A stretch of 64,000 bases of DNA from a virus (Duplodnaviria; Caudoviricetes): positions 68,000-131,999 of IMG/VR virus record IMGVR_UViG_3300027509_000013; one strand, 5' to 3'. The notes beneath the pieces were generated by a model that worked only from the letters and a program-made list of their open reading frames with translations, had not been told where the DNA came from and ran no database searches. Shown one piece after another: positions 1 to 7,797 of this stretch. How positions within the stretch are numbered: the first letter of the stretch is position 1; each line of letters begins with the position of its first letter. Position numbers and translations under genes: made by a program.

Positions 1-263
1 CTTCTCTGGAGTTGCACCCTTGTAACTGTAGGCATTTCAAATACTTTTGCCTTTACGGTTTTTTCTGCTCCTACTGACTCAATAATAAACCTTTGGAGTG
101 CTTCCAAGTCGGCACTATCAATAGTGATACTTTTACTCGTTTTCTTTCCAATTGATTCGGTTGATAAGATTACGGTTATACATTCTATTCCGTTCCTTTC
201 CTTCTTTAACTTCATAATAATTTTATTTTTTTGATTTTTAATAACTGGTTTGATCCTTGGATT

Positions 264-494
264 TTATCCAAAAATGAAATTTACTTTTCTAAGATTCTTC
301 ATTGAATTCTGTAGGAACATAAGACTCTGATATGTCTTTTGTAGTTCATCCTGAGAGACTTCTTCGTCTCTAATTATTGATTTTTGAGTCATCAATATAT
401 CTAGATACTTATCAAATGTCTTATCACAGTCATGCGTGTAAAAATCATTTAATAGCGTGTGAATTGCTCGTAGTACTTGGTCTTGTGTCTTCAT
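264..494 (-). CDS. hypothetical phage protein
   Basis: 76-aa ATG ORF in a tightly packed minus-strand run. Confidence 0.6.
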   Translation of the reverse strand: MKTQDQVLRAIHTLLNDFYTHDCDKTFDKYLDILMTQKSIIRDEEVSQDELQKTYQSLMFLQNSMKNLRKVNFIFG

Positions 495-497
495 GGT

Positions 498-722
498 TTA
501 AAAATGATTTTTGATTAAGAATTTATTTAATGCGCTTAACATTTGAACCCTCGCAGCTAGTGGCGAAAGTACATTATATGGGTCTACATCTTTGACAAAA
601 TAATTCCAAATCTCTTGGAAGTCTTCGCCTGAAGACTTAACATAGTTGTTCAATCTGTTTACACAACTTTTATTGTAGTCTGATAAGTTGTCAATGATGT
701 GCTGCAAGTGGTTATCTAACAT
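498..722 (-). CDS. hypothetical phage protein
   Basis: 74-aa ATG ORF, 3 nt from the next gene. Confidence 0.6.
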   Translation of the reverse strand: MLDNHLQHIIDNLSDYNKSCVNRLNNYVKSSGEDFQEIWNYFVKDVDPYNVLSPLAARVQMLSALNKFLIKNHF

Positions 723-793
723 GGTAATTTTTCATTTAATGGTGTGAAAATTGGCGAACGTCTTAGTCTGGTGAAGGTCGCCTAAATGATTAT

Positions 794-1111
794 CTACAAT
801 TCTTTAGCATAAGATAAAAACAACTCCATCTCATGCTCTTTATCTTCTTCAGATAGACTATTCCAGTCATTAATTGATTCGGCTAAAACTTCTGTTATAC
901 TTTCATCTCCATCATAAACAATAGGATAGCCTCCGCTATTTGTCACATTTATGTACGAAATAAAAACATTCGATGTAGACCAGTAATCTAATAGGTAAAC
1001 TTTTAATTGATTTCTTTTAGTCCTCAATTGAGAAACTGTAAAGTAAGTATTTTCTAAAATAGCTTCAATAAATTGTGCCGTCGTTGGTTTGTTTATTTGA
1101 TAAAAGTCCAT
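794..1111 (-). CDS. hypothetical phage protein
   Basis: 105-aa ATG ORF; TACCTTTG promoter-like motif upstream on the minus strand (~1155-1162). Confidence 0.65.
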   Translation of the reverse strand: MDFYQINKPTTAQFIEAILENTYFTVSQLRTKRNQLKVYLLDYWSTSNVFISYINVTNSGGYPIVYDGDESITEVLAESINDWNSLSEEDKEHEMELFLSYAKEL

Positions 1112-1235
1112 AACTTAAATTTTGATTTTGATATAAATGGTTAAACAATAATTCAAAGGTAATACAATTATTTGAATTATTCAAGTATTGGAATAAATAG
1201 GGATTAATATTTTTACTTATCACTATCAATTCATT

Positions 1236-1335
1236 ATCTCTTTCTTACTCTCTCCCTCTCTCTCGTACTCTCTCCTGACTCTCCTTCCATCTCCTGACTC
1301 TGGTACTCACTCTCTCTTCTTGCTCTCTCTCAGGA
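1236..1335. repeat. CT-rich low-complexity tract with short repeats (CTCCTGACTCT x2, TACTCTCTCC x2)
   Basis: Strong pyrimidine skew in a non-coding region, followed by a GC-rich stretch. Confidence 0.6.
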
Positions 1336-1682
1336 GGTCCTACTTCATCGGGTGGCTCTTGCCGTATGGTTACATTTACTAATACCCCGCGCGACGCCTG
1401 GCACTGACTTGACCGGGGGGTATTCGAAAGTCCGAGAGGACAACCCCCGATATATTATACATGACCCCCAGACCGAGCAATGTGGTTGTTAAAGCATGAA
1501 TGGTAAATAAGTATTATCTTAGTATAGATAATTACTTTTTTAAGATTTGGAAGTCTATGAGGTCGGTCCAGGAGGTACCGGCCTTTTTATTGATAAGAAT
1601 CAGGGTTTTATTGATCTCCAAGGGTTTCGTTGGATGCAATGGAATGAGGTTGGTATTAACTCATGTTGGTTGGGGCAGTCTT

Positions 1683-2357
1683 TTAGGTTAGACTGCCCCT
1701 TTTTATTTGGTTATTAGTGTTCATAAATCTTTTTATGTTAGAAAGGTCGTGTTGGAGACTTATTAATTTGGATTCCATAAGCATCACAATCATAGCGCAG
1801 ACATGGAGATCTTTATGTGTTTTAGCTAGTCCATTTAATTGATATCTAGTTCCCTCGACTGAGAGTATAAGAGGTTTGATAGACAATGTAATTTTTTTGC
1901 TAGAATCTGTAATATCTATTGAATGTTTGATCACCTCGTATATATCTAGATCATCTTCTATTCTTTGGCCTACTATTTTGTCTCCAGAGAAGTGTTTTAC
2001 TTCAGTTCTGAGTCCGACGTAAGCTTTGTAAGCAAGTATTAAGTCTTTGAACTCTTTATCGATGTCAATTTCGTCGATACCTTGTTCTTTTATTGATACA
2101 TTATCCATTTGGAAGCACATCTTCTCAAATTCTTTATTAGTGAGAACAGAGATCTCAAGATTAGCATCTTTAATGATCCAATCATTTTCATTTAATAGGT
2201 TCATAGTTTCATTCAATCCAATTATTCGAGGATCTTCAGCTAGAGTACATTTGAACCTATACTCTGTTCCTCTTAGGAAATTGTTTATTCTATCGAATTT
2301 AATAGCTGTTCTTTGCCACTGCATTGCTTCGATTTCTTCTTTTCTTGTGTATTTCAT
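1683..2357 (-). CDS. hypothetical protein (likely start MKYTRKEE at 2357)
   Basis: Long ORF; the internal ATG avoids overlap with the upstream gene. Confidence 0.65.
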   Translation of the reverse strand: MKYTRKEEIEAMQWQRTAIKFDRINNFLRGTEYRFKCTLAEDPRIIGLNETMNLLNENDWIIKDANLEISVLTNKEFEKMCFQMDNVSIKEQGIDEIDIDKEFKDLILAYKAYVGLRTEVKHFSGDKIVGQRIEDDLDIYEVIKHSIDITDSSKKITLSIKPLILSVEGTRYQLNGLAKTHKDLHVCAMIVMLMESKLISLQHDLSNIKRFMNTNNQIKRGSLT

Positions 2358-2370
2358 AGATCGTTGTGTT

Positions 2371-3405
2371 TTAGTATGAGAAATTAGGTGTGATATTGAT
2401 ATTGTAGTTGTGTTTAAAGAAAGCCTTAGTAGCTTTTTTGGAAGAGTAGTCTTTATCGGAGCAGACAATGCCATTTTCCATGTAAGAGCAGAATAGGCAT
2501 CCTAGGATCTTTTTATCTTGAATAAAGGTTCCGGCTAGAGGTTGTTCGGAAGCACATTGAGGGCAGAAGCCTTTGATTCTAGTAGGATCTGATATACGAC
2601 CACCTGCGTAGTAGTTTATAGTATCAGGACAGATAACAAAATGGTTTTCATCTGGGATGTTTGATACTTCCGAGAGATCGAGGTTAAAATAGATCATAGA
2701 ATCCCTCATAGGCATAGCAGGGAATAGATATCCTGGTGTTTTGAGTTCATGAGTACACTTTTGATCTTTCTTGTTGATATTTTGTGTGATTTGCTTGAAT
2801 CCATGGTCAAGCATGATTATTTTTAGTCTAGTGGCCATAGCATCGTTGTAGCCGTATATTTTATCGAAATAAATCTGTCTAGAGTCCTTATCTATCCAAG
2901 TAAGGCTTCTGGCAAGTAGCACTTCGCCGCGTTTCACCCTTTTAGAGATACAAGCAGCAGTGATCATCTGTCTATCGTACCAGTTAGCAGAATCTATTTT
3001 AGCCTGACTCTCTACCATGCAAGTCCATAATCCATTTTTATTATGCTGTCTGTATTTGTAGAAGTTTTGAGGTCTAAAGAGATAAGAAGGGCTATTAGTG
3101 TAGAAGTAATCGATATTAGTAAGCGAGCAAGCTTTGATTATGTCCAGAGCCTTGTTAGTAGTAAGAGAAGAGTATTTACCTACTCTGGCGATGAGTTTAC
3201 CCGGCTTTACCTTACGATTATGCTTATCTAGCAGCATAGGAGAGCCAGGAATAGACTTTAGCGGTTGTTTTCGCATAATCTTAGCCAAAGGAGCTGAAAG
3301 TCGCTTCACGGAGCTTAAATCGTGCATTCCAAGGGTCTCTTGGTACTTAGAAATAGGGGAATAGAAGATAGAATCTTGTATAGATCGTCGCTTAAATCGT
3401 TGCAT
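2371..3405 (-). CDS. hypothetical phage protein (possibly PcfJ-like; C-terminal CxxC...CxxC)
   Basis: 344-aa ORF with TCM, ARSLTW and YFDKIY motifs and a Zn-ribbon-like tail. Confidence 0.6.
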   Translation of the reverse strand: MQRFKRRSIQDSIFYSPISKYQETLGMHDLSSVKRLSAPLAKIMRKQPLKSIPGSPMLLDKHNRKVKPGKLIARVGKYSSLTTNKALDIIKACSLTNIDYFYTNSPSYLFRPQNFYKYRQHNKNGLWTCMVESQAKIDSANWYDRQMITAACISKRVKRGEVLLARSLTWIDKDSRQIYFDKIYGYNDAMATRLKIIMLDHGFKQITQNINKKDQKCTHELKTPGYLFPAMPMRDSMIYFNLDLSEVSNIPDENHFVICPDTINYYAGGRISDPTRIKGFCPQCASEQPLAGTFIQDKKILGCLFCSYMENGIVCSDKDYSSKKATKAFFKHNYNINITPNFSY

Positions 3406-3452
3406 AATGTAAAATTAAAGAAATTTATTATGTATTAGTTGAAAAATTGTCT

Positions 3453-3460
3453 TAGATTTG
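3453..3460 (+). promoter_or_regulatory. Bacteroidota-type -7 promoter element for tRNA operon 1
   Basis: TAGATTTG matches TAnnTTTG. Confidence 0.6.
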
Positions 3461-3498
3461 TTTCGAATTAAGAAGTTAGCAATAGACAATACATTAAA

Positions 3499-3567
3499 GT
3501 GAAAACAAAAATTCAACAAAGGCATCCTCGCAACTATCACACTCGTGATGGAGTAGACGCTATTTGA
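3499..3567 (+). CDS. putative attenuator leader peptide 1 (MKTKIQQRHPRNYHTRDGVDAI)
   Basis: GTG...TGA; the codon run CAA CAA AGG CAT CCT CGC matches downstream Pro/His/Arg/Arg/Gln tRNAs. Confidence 0.8.
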   Translation: MKTKIQQRHPRNYHTRDGVDAI

Positions 3568-3595
3568 CCTTTTGTAAAGAACTATTAGTGTAGAT

Positions 3596-3631
3596 GCCCC
3601 TCATGAGTGAAAGCTTATGAGGGGTTTTTTT
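3596..3631 (+). terminator. intrinsic terminator/attenuator before tRNA operon 1
   Basis: GCCCCTCATGAGT-GAAA-GCTTATGAGGGG followed by T7. Confidence 0.85.
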
Positions 3632-3645
3632 ATTTTGATCAATAT

Positions 3646-3721
3646 AGGGATGTAGCTTAGTGGCCAGAGCGCGTATTTTGGGAATACGAAGGCGAGTGTT
3701 CAAATCACTCCATCCCTACCA
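3646..3721 (+). tRNA. tRNA-Pro(TGG)
   Basis: Cloverleaf; anticodon arm CGTAT-TTTGGGA-ATACG; encoded CCA. Confidence 0.95.
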
Positions 3722-3726
3722 ATTAT

Positions 3727-3802
3727 GGTAGCCTTGTGCTGTTTTGCAATGCAGCCGGACTGTGGATCTGGTGCGACGGGTTGGATTCCCGAGGTTTACC
3801 CA
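3727..3802 (+). tRNA. tRNA-His(GTG), atypical D and T loops
   Basis: CCGGA-CTGTGGA-TCTGG; T loop TTGGATT; imperfect acceptor stem; ends CCA. Confidence 0.8.
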
Positions 3803-3807
3803 ATAAT

Positions 3808-3880
3808 AGCCATGTAGCTCAACTGGCAGAGCGCTTCCCTACGAAGGAAGGGGTTGGGAGTTCGACTCTCTCCATGGTTA
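3808..3880 (+). tRNA. tRNA-Arg(ACG)
   Basis: CTTCC-CTACGAA-GGAAG; canonical D and T arms. Confidence 0.95.
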
Positions 3881-3924
3881 CTAAAATTTTAAAAATCGAC
3901 GGCGCTTCGCGCCTAGATACACAT

Positions 3925-4004
3925 GGTCAGGTAGCCACCCTCCTCTTCTAAAGGAGTAAGTGTAATTGGAGCTGAAAATCGGGGTTCGAATCCCTGTCTG
4001 ATCA
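3925..4004 (+). tRNA. tRNA-Arg(TCT), D-armless with long variable region
   Basis: Acceptor GGTCAGG/TCTGATC; CTCCT-CTTCTAA-AGGAG; T arm CGGGG-TTCGAAT-CCCTG; only 8 nt between acceptor and anticodon arms. Confidence 0.8.
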
Positions 4005-4054
4005 CTATTAAATAATAAATTTATTATTGTATATTTGTAAAAAATATATTAATT

Positions 4055-4321
4055 ATGACAGCATCGGAATTGTTAAATAAAGTACTGACTAAAGTATTTG
4101 CACTTCAATCTTTATCTGGTAAAATCAGGATAAAGACTGAAGAAAATAAAATGCAAGAACTAAATCTGTTTATTGTCTACTCTAATCATCCTGTTCAGTA
4201 TAACAATAAAATAAGTATTCTGAATTCTGATGATCATGATCTTGAAGAAATTTGGGAACAATTCAAAGAAGATGTTGATACCAATATAAGAGCAATTGAT
4301 CATATCGTTAATATGCCTTAA
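4055..4321 (+). CDS. hypothetical protein
   Basis: 88-aa ATG ORF with TATATTTG at 4030-4037. Confidence 0.7.
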   Translation: MTASELLNKVLTKVFALQSLSGKIRIKTEENKMQELNLFIVYSNHPVQYNNKISILNSDDHDLEEIWEQFKEDVDTNIRAIDHIVNMP

Positions 4322-4330
4322 ATTACACAA

Positions 4331-4403
4331 TGATGGTTAGCATAACTGGTTAGTGCATCGGGTTTTGGTCCCGAGGGATGGAGTTCGAGTCTCCGACCGT
4401 CAT
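4331..4403 (+). tRNA. tRNA-Gln(TTG)
   Basis: TCGGG-TTTTGGT-CCCGA; T1-A72. Confidence 0.95.
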
Positions 4404-4418
4404 CTAAATTACTGTTTT

Positions 4419-4715
4419 ATGAATGATACAAACATACCTGGTCCTTCCTTTACGGACTTTCTATATGCTGATATACCTACATTTACATCAGGTGAAGGTG
4501 TAGATACTCTTGAATATTTCAAACCTATCATACCAGATCCTGGTCCTAGACAGTTTAATTTATTTGTAGGCACCGAAGGATTCTTTCTTATTAGTGACGG
4601 GTTTAAAGATGAAAGAGATCGATCAGAACGTAAACACTGGCTAGCTCAAAGAATAGCTTACAGGAACCTGATCGATGGTAGAGAATATTACTCACGATTT
4701 AATAGCCCAGTATGA
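4419..4715 (+). CDS. hypothetical protein (start MNDTNIP)
   Basis: ATG just after tRNA-Gln. Confidence 0.6.
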   Translation: MNDTNIPGPSFTDFLYADIPTFTSGEGVDTLEYFKPIIPDPGPRQFNLFVGTEGFFLISDGFKDERDRSERKHWLAQRIAYRNLIDGREYYSRFNSPV

Positions 4716-4997
4716 GAAGATTTATAGGTCAGGAGATAGATGTCGGATCATTCTATACTTTAAGATACAGGTGGGTTTACCTGCCAAATGAGGCCTACAT
4801 CGAAGTTCCGCGGCAAATCCGACCATCAGTGCACTCAAACAAACAAAACATCCTCTACAGCGGCCAAAAACTACTTATCCGATGAATAAATACTACAAAC
4901 AAGCTATTATTGAAAGATATCAAAGCCACAATGGATGCTTATCATGCTTTATATTTATTATCTGGATTTTAGTAATGCTTATTGCATTGATACTTTC

Positions 4998-5252
4998 TTA
5001 CTCATGAAAAAACAAGAAATAAATCCAAGCACCAATAAATAAAAGTACAGGTATAAAACCAAAAATGAAATAACGAAATTTTCTATAGTATATCATTTTC
5101 TTCTCCTTTATTATAAGCTGATCATAATAGTAGTTAATAGCTTTGGGAATAGAACTACTCCAATAACCAAATGATATAGAAGATTCCTCGTAGTGCTCGA
5201 GAGCTCTTTTCCTCAAATCTTCTAGTGGTGTTTGTGCTGCTTGATTATCCAT
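4998..5252 (-). CDS. small membrane protein
   Basis: C-terminal hydrophobic segment. Confidence 0.65.
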   Translation of the reverse strand: MDNQAAQTPLEDLRKRALEHYEESSISFGYWSSSIPKAINYYYDQLIIKEKKMIYYRKFRYFIFGFIPVLLFIGAWIYFLFFHE

Positions 5253-5691
5253 TGTCTAATTTTATTTTAGCATCTATTTCTAAACCAATTATATCATGCA
5301 ACTCTTTCCTCAGATTCTTAGCTGTCTTTTCTGCTTCCAGTATCCCAGATATCAATTTCTTATGTCTTAATTTAGGATCGTGAATCCTTTTATCTCTAGG
5401 CTTGCTAATTGCAACCGAAGCCAAATCAAAACCTAAATTAGCTATTGCAACATTCAAATCATCTAGATATAAATCTCTAGGAAAACCAAATGCATTTCCA
5501 TCAGTTAATTGCTTGAAAATAATCATTTGAGGAACTGGATTGATTTCATGCTGTTCGCAGATTATTTTAGCCTCTTCTAAGCTTTGCTTGCTGTATCCAA
5601 CATAAGTGCCTCCAGTCCTAGAAGCACATTTTAAAAGATGTATGGTTTTACCACTTCTTCTTGATTTATATAGTATTTGTACATTATTCAT
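5245..5691 (-). CDS. small P-loop NTPase-like protein
   Basis: RRSGKT Walker-A-like and LYLDD Walker-B-like motifs. Confidence 0.6.
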   Translation of the reverse strand: MNNVQILYKSRRSGKTIHLLKCASRTGGTYVGYSKQSLEEAKIICEQHEINPVPQMIIFKQLTDGNAFGFPRDLYLDDLNVAIANLGFDLASVAISKPRDKRIHDPKLRHKKLISGILEAEKTAKNLRKELHDIIGLEIDAKIKLDNG

Positions 5692-5872
5692 TTTTTGATT
5701 TTATTTGTTCTTTAAGCCATAAAAAAGCTATTTCTTTTGATTCAAAATCAGAGCTTGCATCTGATACATATACACCAACTCTTTGTTTAGTGCTTTTAGC
5801 TATAAATGATACATAATGCTCTGTTCCATTATGCTCTACCTCTGTTAATTCTATAAATCTATCTAAAGTCAT
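5684..5872 (-). CDS. hypothetical protein
   Basis: 62-aa ORF directly after a TATATTTG motif (5877-5884, minus). Confidence 0.65.
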   Translation of the reverse strand: MTLDRFIELTEVEHNGTEHYVSFIAKSTKQRVGVYVSDASSDFESKEIAFLWLKEQIKSKNE

Positions 5873-5902
5873 AAATCAAATATACAAAAAATTTTTATTT
5901 AG

Positions 5903-5977
5903 TACACCAGGTGGGCTACGATCCCACGATCCCTCGATTAAAAGTCGAGTACTTTAGTCCAACTAAGCTACTGGTGC
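5903..5977 (-). tRNA. tRNA-Lys(TTT)
   Basis: CTCGA-CTTTTAA-TCGAG; T loop ATCGTAG. Confidence 0.92.
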
Positions 5978-5979
5978 AT

Positions 5980-6055
5980 TGGAGAACGTAGACGGGCTCG
6001 AACCGTCGTATCCGGATTTGCAGTCCGGCGCCTATGCCATCTCAGCCATACGTTC
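5980..6055 (-). tRNA. tRNA-Cys(GCA)
   Basis: CCGGA-CTGCAAA-TCCGG; U73; encoded CCA. Confidence 0.95.
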
Positions 6056-6060
6056 ATTAG

Positions 6061-6128
6061 CACAGGATGAATGAGTCGAACACTCTCGTAAGGGTTTGGA
6101 ATCCTTTTAGCTCCACAGCCTATCCTGC
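6061..6128 (-). tRNA. tRNA-Trp(CCA), shortened D arm
   Basis: AAGGA-TTCCAAA-CCCTT; D arm GCT-GTGG-AGC; G73. Confidence 0.85.
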
Positions 6129-6133
6129 ATAAA

Positions 6134-6216
6134 TGATTGATCCTCGGATTCGAACCGACCTCTGCCATTGCCACTCACTTTTCAGCGCGGGAGGAATCGA
6201 ACCTCAAAATCAATCA
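6134..6216 (-). ncRNA. tRNA-like RNA with two T-arm hairpins
   Basis: Closing stem TGATTGAT/ATCAATCA encloses GAGG-TTCGATT-CCTC and TCGG-TTCGAAT-CCGA. Confidence 0.55.
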
Positions 6217-6219
6217 TAG

Positions 6220-6291
6220 CGACAATGGACAGATTCGAACTGCCGTCCTCGGAACTTCACCCCGATGCTAAGCCACCTCAGCTACATTGTC
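6220..6291 (-). tRNA. tRNA-Phe(GAA)
   Basis: TCGGG-GTGAAGT-TCCGA. Confidence 0.92.
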
Positions 6292-6295
6292 AAAT

Positions 6296-6331
6296 AAAAA
6301 AAGCCTCGCAAAATTAATTACGAGGCTTTTT
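6296..6331 (-). terminator. intrinsic terminator/attenuator before tRNA operon 2
   Basis: Minus strand AGCCTCGTAA-loop-TTGCGAGGCT followed by a T-tract. Confidence 0.85.
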
Positions 6332-6353
6332 CATATGATCTAATCACATAGGT

Positions 6354-6413
6354 TTAGCAATCTCGCAATTCATGCAAAGAGAAACAAAACCATTTTTTTG
6401 TAATTAAAATCAT
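6354..6413 (-). CDS. putative attenuator leader peptide 2 (MILITKKWFCFSLHELRDC)
   Basis: ATG...TAA; AAA AAA TGG TTT TGT TTC matches downstream Phe/Trp/Cys/Lys tRNAs. Confidence 0.85.
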   Translation of the reverse strand: MILITKKWFCFSLHELRDC

Positions 6414-6417
6414 AATG

Positions 6418-6437
6418 CAAATATAGTGTTATATTTG
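6418..6437. promoter_or_regulatory. divergent Bacteroidota-type promoters
   Basis: TATATTTG on minus (6418-6425) and on plus (6430-6437). Confidence 0.65.
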
Positions 6438-6449
6438 TTAAAAAATAAC

Positions 6450-6776
6450 ATGATATCAAAACTTTCTTCAGAAGTAATCGATTTCGTAGCTAAAGTAGAA
6501 GCCAAATATCTTGAATACATGCAGGAGAGATTCCCTAATAATCGTATTGAGGAATTTGAAGTAACTGAAAACAAAAAGTACGTTAAGGTTATTCAATCAG
6601 GTGCCTTCTGCTTTATCAATAGAGAAAATGGGGATATCTATATGGCTAAAACATTTAGTTCTCCATCATTAAAAAATCCTCGAGGTAATTTATTCTCTAA
6701 ACAACTGGGAATGGAAGCGATATCTGAAAGATCTGCAGGAGGTAGAATCCATCCCCATATTAGGTATCTAAGATAA
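6450..6776 (+). CDS. conserved-looking small phage protein
   Basis: KKYVKV...FINRENGDIYMA...PRGNL pattern resembles small phage proteins; own promoter motif. Confidence 0.7.
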   Translation: MISKLSSEVIDFVAKVEAKYLEYMQERFPNNRIEEFEVTENKKYVKVIQSGAFCFINRENGDIYMAKTFSSPSLKNPRGNLFSKQLGMEAISERSAGGRIHPHIRYLR

Positions 6777-6780
6777 AAAG

Positions 6781-6851
6781 CGGGCCATCCCGGGCTCGAA
6801 CCGAGGATAACGGAGAGACAGTCCGTCGTATTACCACTATACTAATGGCCC
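6781..6851 (-). tRNA. tRNA-Asp(GTC)
   Basis: ACGGA-CTGTCTC-TCCGT; G73. Confidence 0.92.
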
Positions 6852-6855
6852 ATTG

Positions 6856-6929
6856 AGCCTAAGCAGGGATTCGAACCCCGGACATCTTCATTACAAATGA
6901 AGCGCTCTGACCAGCTGAGCTACTTAGGC
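6856..6929 (-). tRNA. tRNA-Thr(TGT)
   Basis: CTTCA-TTTGTAA-TGAAG. Confidence 0.95.
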
Positions 6930-7366
6930 AAGTTTTTATTTAAATGAGACATTTTACCTCCACATCTTCGGCTACATGTAGGTGTTTTTCCCATTGATAG
7001 TTTATGATTTATATTTTTACAGTCTTTTGAAAATTCATTTTTACAAATTGGACAAATTAAGGTTATCATTGTTTTAGATTTCCCAATATGCTTATTGTGC
7101 TTCACTATATTCTCTTTTCTGGAAAGGATTTGAAGATTTGATATAGAATCATTCATTTTATTTTCATCTATATGATCTACATGCTCTTCTGGCCTTAAAT
7201 ACCTTCTTACATGACAACTCATTATATATCTAGCATATGAAGTCGAAGTTTTTGTCCCATCTCTCCGAACCAATGCGACAACTCTTCTTGGTTCTTTGTT
7301 TGTATTTACATATCCTGCGATGTAATCTTTATAATATGGCCATCTTAATACTATTTTTGTTGACAT
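6920..7366 (-). CDS. HNH homing endonuclease inside the tRNA array
   Basis: HVDHIDENKMNDSISNLQIL HNH motif and C-terminal CPIC...CSRRC; stop overlaps the tRNA-Thr 5' end. Confidence 0.9.
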   Translation of the reverse strand: MSTKIVLRWPYYKDYIAGYVNTNKEPRRVVALVRRDGTKTSTSYARYIMSCHVRRYLRPEEHVDHIDENKMNDSISNLQILSRKENIVKHNKHIGKSKTMITLICPICKNEFSKDCKNINHKLSMGKTPTCSRRCGGKMSHLNKNLPK

Positions 7367-7386
7367 ATAAATTTATTTACTTAATG

Positions 7387-7463
7387 TATCTGCGGAGAGA
7401 CTTGAACTCTCATGTGACCAATTACGCTTTCGACAAGATATAAGCTTGAGGCGATACGCAGAC
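7387..7463 (-). tRNA. tRNA-Ile(TAT), D-armless with long variable region
   Basis: GTCTGCG/CGCAGAT acceptor; CAAG-CTTATAT-CTTG; GAGAG-TTCAAGT-CTCTC. Confidence 0.8.
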
Positions 7464-7475
7464 AATATAACATTG

Positions 7476-7546
7476 TAGTTCTGGCAGGACTTGAACCTGC
7501 GTCCATGGTATGTAACACCACTGCTCGGCCACTGAGCTACAGAACT
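7476..7546 (-). tRNA. tRNA-Val(TAC)
   Basis: GTGGT-GTTACAT-ACCAT. Confidence 0.92.
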
Positions 7547-7619
7547 AGAGCCGCTTTCATTTATAACGCGCCAACGTCACCTTCTAAAAAGGCAGGTCAT
7601 TACAAGCGGGACCTGTTTG

Positions 7620-7693
7620 AGCACGAATTCGGGATCGAACCGAATCTATTCTAGCTTGGAAGGCTAGCGCACCACCATTTATGCGTCTCGTGC
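7620..7693 (-). tRNA. tRNA-Gly(TCC)
   Basis: CTAGC-CTTCCAA-GCTAG; U73. Confidence 0.92.
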
Positions 7694-7797
7694 TTATGTA
7701 CCTCAAGTTGATCTTAAAACTCTTCCTAGCTCCCTAAATGGGAGGGCTACAGAAATTCAAATCAAAATGGCTTGGGCCATCAGGTAATTTCAGTTAG

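Noticed and set aside
3736-3951. 71-aa ORF
   Set aside because: Overlaps three tRNA genes; spurious.
3925-4004. Reading the D-armless tRNA as an amber (CTA) suppressor
   Set aside because: The 5-bp stem CTCCT/AGGAG centres the loop on TCT; the shifted register does not pair.
4760-4835. Hammerhead ribozyme
   Set aside because: CTGATG is present on the minus strand, but the CUGANGA...GAAA core is incomplete.
5968-6174. 68-aa ORF (and the similar ORFs 7915-8175 and 12105-12323)
   Set aside because: Lie over tRNA genes; no coding signal.
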